A stretch of DNA of 63,838 nt, filler included. It is 5 parts of 5 records of this genome, joined end to end, with 100 filler letters (N's around TTAATTAATTAA, not from the genome) between each part and the next. Parts side by side here need not be neighbours in the genome. Positions count along the whole stretch, not along the records: positions 1 to 24,649 come from DRR723986_11609; positions 24,750 to 42,338 come from DRR723986_11610; 3 more parts are not named here. The stretch is one strand, 5' to 3'. The notes under the pieces were generated by a model that was not told where the DNA came from, did no database searches, and worked only from the letters and a program-made list of their open reading frames with translations. Every line of letters begins with the position of its first letter. The stretch's first letter is position 1. Position numbers and translations under genes: made by a program. This document shows, piece after piece, positions 20,849 through 32,369 of this stretch.

Positions 20849-22177
20849 ATGGCACTCAAGCTGAAAAACATGTTGAAACTATTTGCAGCTGTGTGCTGCT
20901 GGTGGGCACTTTCGCCTTCAGCACACGCAAAAAGTGTTGAACAATTGCTGCAATACGCCATTGAAACATCTCCCGAGGTAGCCACGGCCAAGGCTCAAAT
21001 GCAGGTTGCACAAGCTGACCTGAAAATAAGCGAAGCCGCCTGGCTTCCCCAAGCCAGCGCGCGGCTATACAACGGCGTAGGCGATACCAAGCAATCCAAC
21101 CCGTTTGCCAACCAGCGCAATGCGAACGAAACCATTCAGAACAACAGCATCTCCCTTCAACAGAGTATTTACAACAAACCCGCTTCCATTCAAATTGAGC
21201 AAACTCAACTCACCGTTCAAGAAGCCGAGTTGCGCCATACTTTGGCTGTTCAAACCACCATTCAATACTGGCTAGCCAAGCTAATGGACTACAAACAAAG
21301 CAAGGCTTTGCTGAACCTGACCGAACACAAACAACAAACAGCCCTGCTTCAAAAAGAACATGTAGAACAAGGTTTGATGAACGGTGAAAACAGCGCACTG
21401 GAACTTGCCAACGCAGAATCAGAGGCTGCCCTGCGCCAGGCCGAGCATGTGCAGGCCGAGCAGGCGGTGAAGCAGCGCTTGTGGGAACTCTCGCAGCTAA
21501 CCGGGCAAGAAGTGGTTCCGGTATGGGTTGATGATATTGAATTCAACATGCCCCCTACCCGGCACAACGAAAAGGAACTTGAACAGGAAGTGCTTCAGAA
21601 CAACCTGGGCTTGAAAATTCAGCAGCTGTACAAGCAAGCCGCTACTCTGGAAATTAACAAAGCAAATGGGCAACACCACCCCACCCTGAAACTGGTGGCC
21701 CAATATTCGCAAAGCCAATCAGAAACAGTCAGTACCCTGGGCAACAGGGTTGAACAAAACGTGCTGGCCATTCAAATGGACATTCCATTGTTCAACGGTT
21801 TTGCTACCCAGGCACAAACTGAAAAAGCAGCAGCCAGCCTGAACCAGCAGCATGCTGACTACAACAAAACCAGCGCCCAAGTGTTGCGCGATACCCAAGC
21901 TGCACACCGGCAACAGAATAGCGCCACCCATTTGTGGAAAGCCTATACACAGGCAGACCATGCGGCCACACAACAACAACTGGCCATTGAAACAGCAATT
22001 AAGTACCAACTGGCCACACCGCTTGATTTGGCAAAATCCAAAGAAAAACTGACTGAACTGAAAACAAAGAAAATGGAATACCTGCTGGCAGCCAATAAGG
22101 CTTACTTGCTGGTTCATGAATTGACCGGGAAATTGAATATTGAAAGTGCTGTAGAGCGCTTATCAACGCGGGAATAG
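20849..22177 (+). CDS. TolC-family outer membrane protein of the T1SS (PrtF/AprF-like)
   Basis: Signal peptide ending AHA, AWLPQ / HHPTLKL repeats, IPLFNGF; ATG at 20849 preferred over the longer track start. Confidence 0.88.
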   Translation: MALKLKNMLKLFAAVCCWWALSPSAHAKSVEQLLQYAIETSPEVATAKAQMQVAQADLKISEAAWLPQASARLYNGVGDTKQSNPFANQRNANETIQNNSISLQQSIYNKPASIQIEQTQLTVQEAELRHTLAVQTTIQYWLAKLMDYKQSKALLNLTEHKQQTALLQKEHVEQGLMNGENSALELANAESEAALRQAEHVQAEQAVKQRLWELSQLTGQEVVPVWVDDIEFNMPPTRHNEKELEQEVLQNNLGLKIQQLYKQAATLEINKANGQHHPTLKLVAQYSQSQSETVSTLGNRVEQNVLAIQMDIPLFNGFATQAQTEKAAASLNQQHADYNKTSAQVLRDTQAAHRQQNSATHLWKAYTQADHAATQQQLAIETAIKYQLATPLDLAKSKEKLTELKTKKMEYLLAANKAYLLVHELTGKLNIESAVERLSTRE

Positions 22178-22302
22178 AGGTGATGTGTAACCCGGAAGAA
22201 TGGGGTTAACTTGACCACTTTTGTGTTTCCTTGACATGGAGATATTCTGCGTTAGCTAGGAGATAAATGGCGAACTGATCAACAAACGAAAATACGGATT
22301 TC

Positions 22303-22881
22303 ATGAAAAGTTTAAAGGAGGTAATTTTTGTGCATTTTCTACTCAATGTATTGACAGCCATCTTGTTGCTACTAGGTTTATTCTCACCAAGGTTTGGTGA
22401 GTTGCTTTCACCTCAGACGACTGTAATTACCTTGCTAGTCTCAGCGATTGTTCTCTCAATAAGTATCGGTATTTTGTGGTTCAGCGCAATCAAGAGGGAG
22501 ATGGCAAATGGCGCTATCACGAATATCCATAAAACCGTTGACGCGCTTTTAAAGAACAAAAACAGATGGCTGCAAGTAGTTCTACCAGTTGTCTACGCAA
22601 GTAAAAATGATAGTAGCCGCGATGCAAAGTCGTGCATGAATATTATTCAGCATAGATTTATGTCCTCATTTCTCATGAGTATTTGGGCCTTAGGAATCGG
22701 AACAATTGCAGCATTGACTTTCGAAGACGCTCGCAGTAGCAGGGGACTTTTTAGCATGTTGCTTAATAGTTCTGAAGGGAAAGGTCTAGCGATAGCATTC
22801 AGTCTTTACATCAGCATCTCAAGTCTCGCATTTTTGACAATCGGTTTTCTAGCATTCCTTAATAGAGAGAATTCAAAATGA
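22303..22881 (+). CDS. Hypothetical 4-TM membrane protein (AT-rich), overlapping the RTX gene start
   Basis: 192-aa ORF with four hydrophobic segments; its stop overlaps the next ATG (ATGA, 22878-22881). Confidence 0.75.
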   Translation: MKSLKEVIFVHFLLNVLTAILLLLGLFSPRFGELLSPQTTVITLLVSAIVLSISIGILWFSAIKREMANGAITNIHKTVDALLKNKNRWLQVVLPVVYASKNDSSRDAKSCMNIIQHRFMSSFLMSIWALGIGTIAALTFEDARSSRGLFSMLLNSSEGKGLAIAFSLYISISSLAFLTIGFLAFLNRENSK

Positions 22882-24649
22882 TTTATATCTTCACTAAAGC
22901 TGGTATCGTCGCAGTTGAAGGCGGATATGGTGCTGTTTCCGCACTTCGACATATTGGGGCACAAATCGCTGATGATTTGGCAAGATTTGCAGGGGAAATA
23001 GATGACGCTAACTCACTAAGTGAGGTTGTGCAAAATTCTCTGAACGGTAACGAATTAGAAACTTTAAAGGTCGTTGGCGCGGTTGCCTATGGAGGTGCAA
23101 TTGGAATGGGGATTGCAGCAGGAGCTGTACCTGCTGTTGGCACTATTGCCATTTCGTTTGGTGTTGGATGGTTGGCTGGGATGCTCTACGAGTGGGCATT
23201 TGACGCGGCTGTAGGAGCAGGTCAACGTGCGGGGTCTGCTGCTTACGATTCATGGGGTGGAGACGCTATCGATCCATCTCTCTACAAAGACTGGAACACC
23301 GCCAAGCAAACAGTGTCCCCCCTCATCCTCGACCTCGATGGTGACGGTGTTGTTGAAACCCAAAGTAAAACGGAAGGCATTTACTTCGACCACGCAGGCG
23401 ATGGCTTCGCTGAAGCAAGCGGCTGGGCCGGTTCGGATGATGGCCTGCTGGTGCGCGACCTCAATGGCGATGGTGCGATTAACAATGGGACTGAGCTGTT
23501 TGGCAACAACACGCGTCTGAAAAACGGCCAATACGCCGCCAACGGTTTTGAAGCCCTGAAAGACCTCGACAGTAACAAAGACGGCAAACTGAACAGCGCT
23601 GATGCTGCATGGAATTCACTGCGCGTGTGGAAAGACACCGATGCCGACGCACAAACCGACGCAGGCGAATTGCTCAGCCTGGCTAATGCAGGCGTAAGGG
23701 AAATCAAACTGGCTTACACCAATGCAGGCACCAACCCGGATCAACTCGGTAACGAACACAGACAAACCAGCACCTACACAACAACCAGCGGCACCGTACG
23801 CGCGGTTCACGATGTTTGGTTCAGTACCGACAACTGGAACACAGTCGACCAACGCACGCCCATTGAACTGAGCAGCACCGTAGCAGCCATGCCCGAAGTA
23901 ATTGGCAGCGGCACACTGGGCAGCCTGCGCCAGGCCATGATGCGCGATACCACTGGCCAGCTGATTACAGCGGTTAATAAGTACCTGACAACAAGCAACC
24001 TTGCGCAGCGCGACAGCCTGCTTCAGGACGTGTTGTACCGCTGGGCAGGCGTAAAAGATCAAGACCCCACCCTGCGTGGGCCCTACATAGAGGATGGCCG
24101 AAAGTTGGCTGTGCTAGAGGCTTTTTTTGGTGAGCGATATGTACAAGAGGGCGGAGCTCAACCGGGCTTTACAATCAACGACCCCGGCCCAGCAGCAGCC
24201 GATAAACTAATCAGTCTTTTTGCTGACGTAGCAACCAAGCTAGCAGCTCAACTGGACATTCACGGTCATGATGCCCCCTTCTACAATGCAATTAGCTTGA
24301 ACTGGAACGAAAGCACCAACAGCTTCTCCATAGACGCATCGGGTGTCGAGGCATATGTTCGTGAGCTGTATGCACAGCAACCCACACAAGCCTTGGATAA
24401 CTTTGGTCATTTCATTTTTAATTTGAAAGAATTGGGTACAACAGAGGTACTCAATGCCTTGGCTGTTGTAGGAAACCTGGAAGGTGATGAAATTGATCAA
24501 TTGCTTGCACGTGTAAGCTGGAGTTGGGGGACAAGGGGTGATGATCAACTAATAGGGAATCCCAACCAAGATAATTTCTTGTTTGGCTGGAGGGGTAATG
24601 ACTCGCTTTCGGGTGGAATTGGCAATGACACCATCCATGGGGGTACCGG
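22878..24649 (+). CDS. FrpC-like Ca-binding RTX protein, T1SS cargo (3' truncated)
   Basis: PLILDLDGDG..GW..SDDGLLVRDLNGDGAINNGTELFG..DSNKDG..LRVWKD matches the FrpC self-processing module; RTX nonapeptides begin at GWRGNDSLSGGIGNDTIHGG just before the contig end. Confidence 0.88.
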
Positions 24650-24749
24650 NNNNNNNNNNNNNNNNNNNNNNNNNNNNNNNNNNNNNNNNNNNNTTAATTA
24701 ATTAANNNNNNNNNNNNNNNNNNNNNNNNNNNNNNNNNNNNNNNNNNNN
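24650..24749. other. Artificial contig spacer
   Basis: 44 N + TTAATTAATTAA (stops in all six frames) + 44 N. Confidence 0.98.
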
Positions 24750-24860
24750 CAGGTTGTTCATCAGCATCCGCATCGGCGCCTCGGTCAGCCAGCTTTTGGC
24801 GGTGATCTCGGTGCCCGTGGCGGGGAAGACGTCGCGGATGTTGTGGCGGGGATCGGTCAT
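24750..24860 (-). CDS. hutU: Urocanate hydratase, N-terminal fragment (absent from the ORF track)
   Basis: Own translation: [37 protein letters not shown]. Confidence 0.92.
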
Positions 24861-24863
24861 GGG

Positions 24864-25658
24864 TCAGCCCTTCAGCTTGGGGGCCAGCTCGGCCAGGGTT
24901 GTCAGGATTTGGCCCAGATACGGGCGCAGGCGGTCGGCCTTTTCGGGGGCATAGGCCCACCCGGCGGTTTCGTCGGCCAGATGGGTGGATTGCGCCAGTT
25001 CCATTTGGATGGCGTGAAAGCCCTGATCAGGTTGGCCATAATGGCGCGTGGTCCAGCCGCCCTTGAAACGGCCGTTCAGGACATGGGTGTAACCCGCCGC
25101 CCCTGCGCAGACACCCAGAACAGACGCCTCGACTTCGGGCGCGCAGGTGGTCCCGCCATTGGTGCCAATGTTGAAATCGGGCAGAACCCCGTCGAAGAGA
25201 TGCGGAATGACCGACCGGATCGAGTGGCAATCATAGAGGATCGCCACACCATGCGTGGCCCTTACCCGCTCCATCTCCGCCTGCAGGGCGGCGTGGTAGG
25301 GCGCGTGGAAGGCCATGCGACGCGCCTCGATATCCGCCGCACGCGGCGGATCGGCCCAAATGGGCGCACCGTCGAAATCCGTGAGCGGCACCAGCCCGGT
25401 GGTGTTCTGCCCCGGATAAAGGCTTGCCCCCGAGGGATCTCGGTTCGCATCGATCCCGTAGCGGTGGAAGGTGGCGCGCACGGTGGTGACGCCGGGCGCG
25501 AGCCCGGCATAGAGCCGGTGGATGTGCCAATCGGTATCGGAAAGCTCGCGCCCGCGCGCGTTCAGCCGCGCGTGGATGTTTTCAGGCAACCAGGTGCCGG
25601 TATGGGGTAGGCCAAGGACGATGGGGCCATCGCCACGAGTCACTTCGACGGGGGTCAT
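24864..25658 (-). CDS. hutG: N-formylglutamate deformylase
   Basis: LPHTGT, DTDWHI, IDANRDP, YDCHSIRS, LNGRFKGGWTTRHYG, IQMELAQ; GGAGGG RBS before ATG 25658. Confidence 0.95.
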   Translation of the reverse strand: MTPVEVTRGDGPIVLGLPHTGTWLPENIHARLNARGRELSDTDWHIHRLYAGLAPGVTTVRATFHRYGIDANRDPSGASLYPGQNTTGLVPLTDFDGAPIWADPPRAADIEARRMAFHAPYHAALQAEMERVRATHGVAILYDCHSIRSVIPHLFDGVLPDFNIGTNGGTTCAPEVEASVLGVCAGAAGYTHVLNGRFKGGWTTRHYGQPDQGFHAIQMELAQSTHLADETAGWAYAPEKADRLRPYLGQILTTLAELAPKLKG

Positions 25659-25682
25659 CGGTTTCCCCTCCACCCGCGGTTG

Positions 25683-25726
25683 GCGGCGCGTCGACGCGCC
25701 GCAAGTGCCCTGCGTCGACGCAGGGC
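25683..25726. repeat. Two tandem perfect 20-bp palindromes (REP-like element)
   Basis: GCGGCGCGTCGACGCGCCGC (25683-25702) and GCCCTGCGTCGACGCAGGGC (25707-25726). Confidence 0.8.
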
Positions 25727-25755
25727 CTCCCGCTCCGCTCTTGCCGAACGCCAGA

Positions 25756-27278
<1,523 letters not shown>

Positions 27279-27282
<4 letters not shown>

Positions 27283-28460
27283 GCCACGACCTCGCCGCCG
27301 AACCAGCGTTCCGCCAGCGGGTTGAAGCCGAACCGATAGGCCAGCTCCGCCGGTTGCTTGACGTCCCAGACCGCCAGATCGGCCCGACACCCCGCCGCGA
27401 TCCGGCCCGTGTCCGATAGACCGAGCGCCTTGGCTGCGTTCACCGTCACGCCCCTCAGCGCCTCCTCCGGCGTCAGGCGGAACAGGGTGCAGCCCATATT
27501 GACCGCCAAGAGCAGCGAAAACATCGGGGACGAACCGGGGTTCGCATCCGTCGCCAGCGCCATCGGGACGCCATGGCTGCGGAATGCATCGACCGGCGGC
27601 ATCTGCGTTTCATGAAGCGTGTAGAACGCGCCGGGCAGCAGCACGGCGACAGTGCCAGCGGCGGCCATCGCCTTTGCGTCAGCTTCAGTTGCGTATTCCA
27701 CATGATCGGAAGACAGCCCGCCATACCGCGCCACCAGGTCCGTCCCACCCAGATGAGAGAGCTGCTCGGCATGCAGCTTCACCGGCAGGTTCAGCGCCTT
27801 GGCAACCTTGAACACCCGCTCGATCTGAGCGGGCGTAAACGCGATCCCTTCACAGAAGCCATCGACCGCATCAACCAGCCCTTCGCCATGGGCCTGATGC
27901 AGCGCCGGGATGCAGACCTCGTCGATATAGGCATCGGCATCCGCCCCCGGCGGCACCGCATGGGCACCAAGAAAGCTGGTCACGATCCGCACCTTGCGGT
28001 GACGTTCCAAGGCCCGCGCCGCGCGCAACATATTCAGCTCTGCCTCGATGCTCAGCCCATAGCCGGATTTCACCTCGACGACGTTGACACCCTCCGCCAG
28101 CAGCGAATCCAGTCGCGGCAGCGCCAGCGCCACCAGATCCGCAACGCTTGCAGCACGGGTGGCCGTAACCGTGGACAGGATGCCGCCCCCTTCGCGCGCG
28201 ATCTGCTCATAGCTCGCGCCTTCCAGCCGCAATTCGAACTCTCGGGCGCGATCGCCCGCGTGGATCAGATGGGTGTGGCAGTCGATCAGCGCGGGCGTGA
28301 TCAGCCGCCCGCCCATGTCGCGCGTCTCGGCCTCTGGCGCCTCGGCACGAGGCCCGACCCATGCCACCCGGTCACCGTCCAGCAACACCGCCCCGTCAGG
28401 GATCAACCCATAGGGCGCGCCCTCTGCCATTGTGGCCACCGTCGCATTCACCAAAAGCAT
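27279..28460 (-). CDS. hutI: Imidazolonepropionase
   Basis: [40 protein letters not shown]. Confidence 0.96.
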
Positions 28461-28499
28461 GATCGACTCATTTCGCTTGATTAATCCCTGCTCGAAAGC

Positions 28500-28517
28500 A
28501 TTATGTATGCACATAAT
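28500..28517. promoter_or_regulatory. HutC operator between divergent hutI and hutF
   Basis: ATTATGT-ATGC-ACATAAT inverted repeat containing TGTAtgcACA, close to the HutC consensus TGTA-N2-TACA. Confidence 0.8.
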
Positions 28518-28539
28518 CGAGTCAAGCAGGGATTTGACC

Positions 28540-29901
28540 ATGGAACATGTCTGGGCACAGACCGCGCTGACCCCCGATGGCTGGCAAAACGATGTGCTGG
28601 TCACGCTGGATGCCGGGCGTATTGTCCGCGTCTCGCCGGGGGCCGCACCGCAGGGCACGCGCACCGGCTGCCTGCTGCCCGCACCGGTCAACGCCCATTC
28701 CCATGCGTTTCAGCGCGCCATGGCCGGGCTGACAGAACGCCGTGGCCCCGACCCAAGCGACAGTTTCTGGACCTGGCGGCAGCTGATGTTCCGCTTTCTG
28801 GACCGGATCACGCCCGAACAGGTGGAGGCCATCGCCGCCTTCGTGCAGATGGAGATGCTGGAGGCGGGCTATGCCACCAATGTCGAGTTTCACTATCTGC
28901 ATCATCAGCCCGGCGGCACGCCCTACGCGCGACTGTCCGAGCTGGCCGACCGGATCGCGGCGGCGGCGGACCTTTCGGGTATCGGCCTGACCCTGTTGCC
29001 GGTCTTCTACCAGACCGGCGGGCTGGATGGGCGCGGGCTGGCTTCTGGCCAGCAACGCTTTGGCAATCACCCGGACCGTTTCGCCCGCTTGGCGGAGGAG
29101 GCCCGCGCGCGTATCGCGGCAGGCCCCGACGACTTTGGTTTCGGGATCGCCCCCCATTCGCTGCGCGCCGCTCCCCTAGAAGGCATCCGGCAGGTCACAC
29201 AACTCGCCCCCGATGGCCCGATCCACATGCATCTGGCCGAGCAAAAGGCCGAGGTGGAGGAGGTACTGGCAGCGACCGGCAAACGCCCCGTGGAATGGGT
29301 GCTGGACACACTCGCCCCCGATCACCGCTGGCATTTCATTCACTGCACCCAGATGGAGCCGCACGAAACCGAGGGGCTTGCCCGGTCCGGGGCGACCGCC
29401 GTCCTGTGCCCGCTGACCGAGGCCAGCCTTGGCGACGGCATCTTTGACGGGGTCCGCTGGATGAATGCGGGCGGGCGCATTGCCATTGGCTCTGACAGCA
29501 ACATCCGCATTGCTCTGGCTGAGGAGCTGCGCCAGCTCGATACCAGTCAACGCCTGCGCGATCATTCCCGCGCGGCTTTGGCGACGCCGGATCGTTCTAC
29601 CGGGCGGCGATTGTTCGAAGCGGTCACCCAAGGCGGCGCAAGCACGGCGGGCCGTCAGACCGGCGCCCTTGTCGTTGGAAACTGGGCCGATATGCTGGCG
29701 CTCGACACGAACAACCCGGACCTTGACGGCATGAATGGCGACCTGATCCTCGACAGCTACATCTTTGCAGGCGATGACCGCATGGTGTGCGACGTCTGGT
29801 CCGCTGGCCGCCACATGGTCACACAAGGCCGCCACATCCACCGCGACGACATCGAAGCCGCCTACAGGGCCGCCGTCCGCGCGCTTCGGGCAACCGCATG
29901 A
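28540..29901 (+). CDS. hutF: Formimidoylglutamate deiminase
   Basis: [39 protein letters not shown]. Confidence 0.95.
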   Translation: MEHVWAQTALTPDGWQNDVLVTLDAGRIVRVSPGAAPQGTRTGCLLPAPVNAHSHAFQRAMAGLTERRGPDPSDSFWTWRQLMFRFLDRITPEQVEAIAAFVQMEMLEAGYATNVEFHYLHHQPGGTPYARLSELADRIAAAADLSGIGLTLLPVFYQTGGLDGRGLASGQQRFGNHPDRFARLAEEARARIAAGPDDFGFGIAPHSLRAAPLEGIRQVTQLAPDGPIHMHLAEQKAEVEEVLAATGKRPVEWVLDTLAPDHRWHFIHCTQMEPHETEGLARSGATAVLCPLTEASLGDGIFDGVRWMNAGGRIAIGSDSNIRIALAEELRQLDTSQRLRDHSRAALATPDRSTGRRLFEAVTQGGASTAGRQTGALVVGNWADMLALDTNNPDLDGMNGDLILDSYIFAGDDRMVCDVWSAGRHMVTQGRHIHRDDIEAAYRAAVRALRATA

Positions 29902-30599
29902 GCGACACCAACACATGGCAGGGCGTACAGAACGAAGTGCGCCGCCGCATCCGGTCCCGGCAATGGAAACCGGGCGACCTGATCCCGAATGAGGCCGATC
30001 TTGCCACCGAGTTTGGCTGTGCCCGGACAACCGTGAACCGGGCGCTCAGGGAACTGGCGGGGTCAGGTCTGGTGGAACGCCGCCGCAAGTCCGGCACCCG
30101 CGTGGCGCTGCATCCCGTCGGCAAGGCGGTGATCGAGATCCCCGTCATCCGGCAGGACATAGAGGGCAGCGGCCAGCGTTACGACTATGCGCTGCTGAGC
30201 CACACGATCACCCCGCCGCCACCCCGGATCGCCTATGCGCTCGGGCTTGGGGACGCCACGCGCAGCCTGCATCTGACCGCCATCCACCTTGCCGATGGCG
30301 CGCCCTATGTTCTGGAAGATCGCTGGATCAACCTGTCTGCCGTGCCGCAGGCAGAACACCATGATTTCAGCCGCAAAAGCGCCAATGAGTGGCTGCTGGA
30401 AACCGTCCCGGTCGCGCGCGGGGAACTGGCGATTTCGGCCCAACCCTGCGGGGCAGAGGAGGCGCGTGCCCTCGATCTGGCCGTCGGCACGCCGCTTCTG
30501 ACACTGGAACGCAGTACCTGGGGGCCTGACGCCCCCGTTACCTTCGTGCGGCTCTGGCACATGCCGGGCCACCGGATCGTGTCGCCTATCGCGGGCTGA
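29898..30599 (+). CDS. hutC: Histidine utilisation repressor (GntR-UTRA)
   Basis: GntR HTH PNEADLATEFGCARTTVNRAL plus UTRA domain; ATGA overlap with hutF. Confidence 0.88.
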   Translation: MSDTNTWQGVQNEVRRRIRSRQWKPGDLIPNEADLATEFGCARTTVNRALRELAGSGLVERRRKSGTRVALHPVGKAVIEIPVIRQDIEGSGQRYDYALLSHTITPPPPRIAYALGLGDATRSLHLTAIHLADGAPYVLEDRWINLSAVPQAEHHDFSRKSANEWLLETVPVARGELAISAQPCGAEEARALDLAVGTPLLTLERSTWGPDAPVTFVRLWHMPGHRIVSPIAG

Positions 30600-30668
30600 C
30601 ATGTCGGTTGCGCGTTTGACCTGTCGCCCGGTGCCCTACATGCTGCACAGGGGTTGGAGGACAGCACG

Positions 30669-32369
30669 ATGACGGATCAGGCAGAGCATGACGCCACGAA
30701 GGCAGTCCCCTTGCGCCCGCCCGCACAAGTGATGCGGCTGGCGCGGCTCGGGTCTTTGCACCAATGTCGGCTCAGCTTCATGCGACAGCTAACCCGCCGG
30801 ATGGCCCGGGAAGGCTGGCAGTTCACGCGATCGGTGTTCGAGGTGACCTCGCAGGGTGTGGGCCATGCCGTCTATACCGCCACTGGTCCTGACCGGAGCT
30901 ATTCGCTGGTGGCCTTCGCCCATGACCTGCCCGACGAATTGCGTTCGGATCGCGTGATTGCCGAGGCTTGGGACGCGACCTTCACGCTGTTTGACGGGGT
31001 GCCTTCGCCGCAGGACATTGCCCGGCTGGCCCGAAATGTGCCAATTCAGGAAGCAGGCCGCATAAAGGAAAGCGAGCTGTCGCTTTCTCGTGCGAACCGA
31101 TCGGTACGCCTGTGGACACATGTGGTGAACCGGCTGGCGCGAGGCCAGCAGCCCGACCCGGATATGATTGCTGAAGTCGGCTATCTGATGCGAACGACAG
31201 CGGTCTACGGATCGGGAAAGTTTGGCGCGGCAGATCGCGACGTGATCGCAGACCGGCCTGAACTTGCAGCGCCCTTTCAGGCAGAAATGCTCTCGGTCTT
31301 CCTCACCCGCTGGTTCGTGCGGGACATGGTCGAGCACATGGCCCGCGTACAAGGCGGCGACCGGGCCGTACCGCTCGACCCTGACCTTGCCAGCCGCCTC
31401 GGCATCGGAAATTCCACCGGGCTTGGCATGGCCCCCTTCCTCGTCAATCACCCGATGCTGGTGAACAACTGGGTGCTTGTGCGCGAAACCGCATTGGCCC
31501 GCGTTCGCGCCCTGCCCGCCGCAACCCCGGATGAGGTGGCCCTGTTCCGCTCCCTGCTGGCGCGAAGCGCCCGCGCTGTGGCTGGTTGGCAAACGGGGCA
31601 TCCGCATCAACTGGCCAAGCTGGCGTCGCTCCGGGCTGATCTGGCCCTTCTGTTGCCCCGCGCAGACGCCGCAGACCTTGGCACCGCTCACCCCTGGGAC
31701 AGGCTGTTTCTATGGGCGGAGGAGACCCTGTCGAAGGAAGGGCAGGAACTGCTGGCGTCGCTGATGCTGGAACCTTACGGCCCCCTGGTGGACGGGCTTG
31801 GGCCTTGCATGGCCGCGGTTGAAGAGGCTGGATTTCGCATTGATGGCTCCATGACACTGAACGACATGGCGAGGCTGATCGAAGACCAGTTTCCGTGGGC
31901 GCTTGGCACCGATTGGAGCAGTCGAGAGGCAACCGCACGGGCCTGGTATGTCTCGGAAGAAAAGCTCGAACCTCGCTTGGGCGAACGTCACGACGAAGAC
32001 ATCGCCGCCTATGAACAACCCCTGGCCACCGGCCGCGATGCCGCTGCGCTGCACAAGATGCTTGCCGCATGGCCCGGTGAAACGCCGCTGGCGGCCTTCT
32101 TGCTGAAGCATCCCGAACACCGCCACATCGCCCGCCGTCTACAGATCGGCGCAAATGCGCCCTACGGCGAGATCCGCGACAACACCATCGGCGCGGATAT
32201 GCTGCCCATCGACATGCTGCGCGCAAAGCTGTCCTTCTTCGGCGCAACCAGCTTCGATCCACGCTCGGACCGGTGGATCCGCATCACCATGTTCGCAGGA
32301 GCACCCTATCCGCCCGATCTAACCGAAGAGAACGCCGATTTATGGGTCTACCCCGGGGCCGATGCATGA
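30669..32369 (+). CDS. Uncharacterised soluble protein (about 566 aa)
   Basis: Long ORF with genome-like codon use, GGAGG RBS before ATG 30669, coupled to the next gene; no family recognised. Confidence 0.85.
   Translation: MTDQAEHDATKAVPLRPPAQVMRLARLGSLHQCRLSFMRQLTRRMAREGWQFTRSVFEVTSQGVGHAVYTATGPDRSYSLVAFAHDLPDELRSDRVIAEAWDATFTLFDGVPSPQDIARLARNVPIQEAGRIKESELSLSRANRSVRLWTHVVNRLARGQQPDPDMIAEVGYLMRTTAVYGSGKFGAADRDVIADRPELAAPFQAEMLSVFLTRWFVRDMVEHMARVQGGDRAVPLDPDLASRLGIGNSTGLGMAPFLVNHPMLVNNWVLVRETALARVRALPAATPDEVALFRSLLARSARAVAGWQTGHPHQLAKLASLRADLALLLPRADAADLGTAHPWDRLFLWAEETLSKEGQELLASLMLEPYGPLVDGLGPCMAAVEEAGFRIDGSMTLNDMARLIEDQFPWALGTDWSSREATARAWYVSEEKLEPRLGERHDEDIAAYEQPLATGRDAAALHKMLAAWPGETPLAAFLLKHPEHRHIARRLQIGANAPYGEIRDNTIGADMLPIDMLRAKLSFFGATSFDPRSDRWIRITMFAGAPYPPDLTEENADLWVYPGADA

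Noticed and set aside
22231-22260. TTGACA as the promoter of the membrane-protein/RTX pair
   Set aside because: No convincing -10 hexamer at 16-18 bp spacing.
17756-24649. T1SS region as a mobile island
   Set aside because: No integrase, transposase or flanking direct repeat is visible, and the right end is missing.
24694-24705. TTAATTAATTAA as a biological repeat or att site (four copies)
   Set aside because: It is always centred in 44 N + 44 N, so it is an assembly linker.
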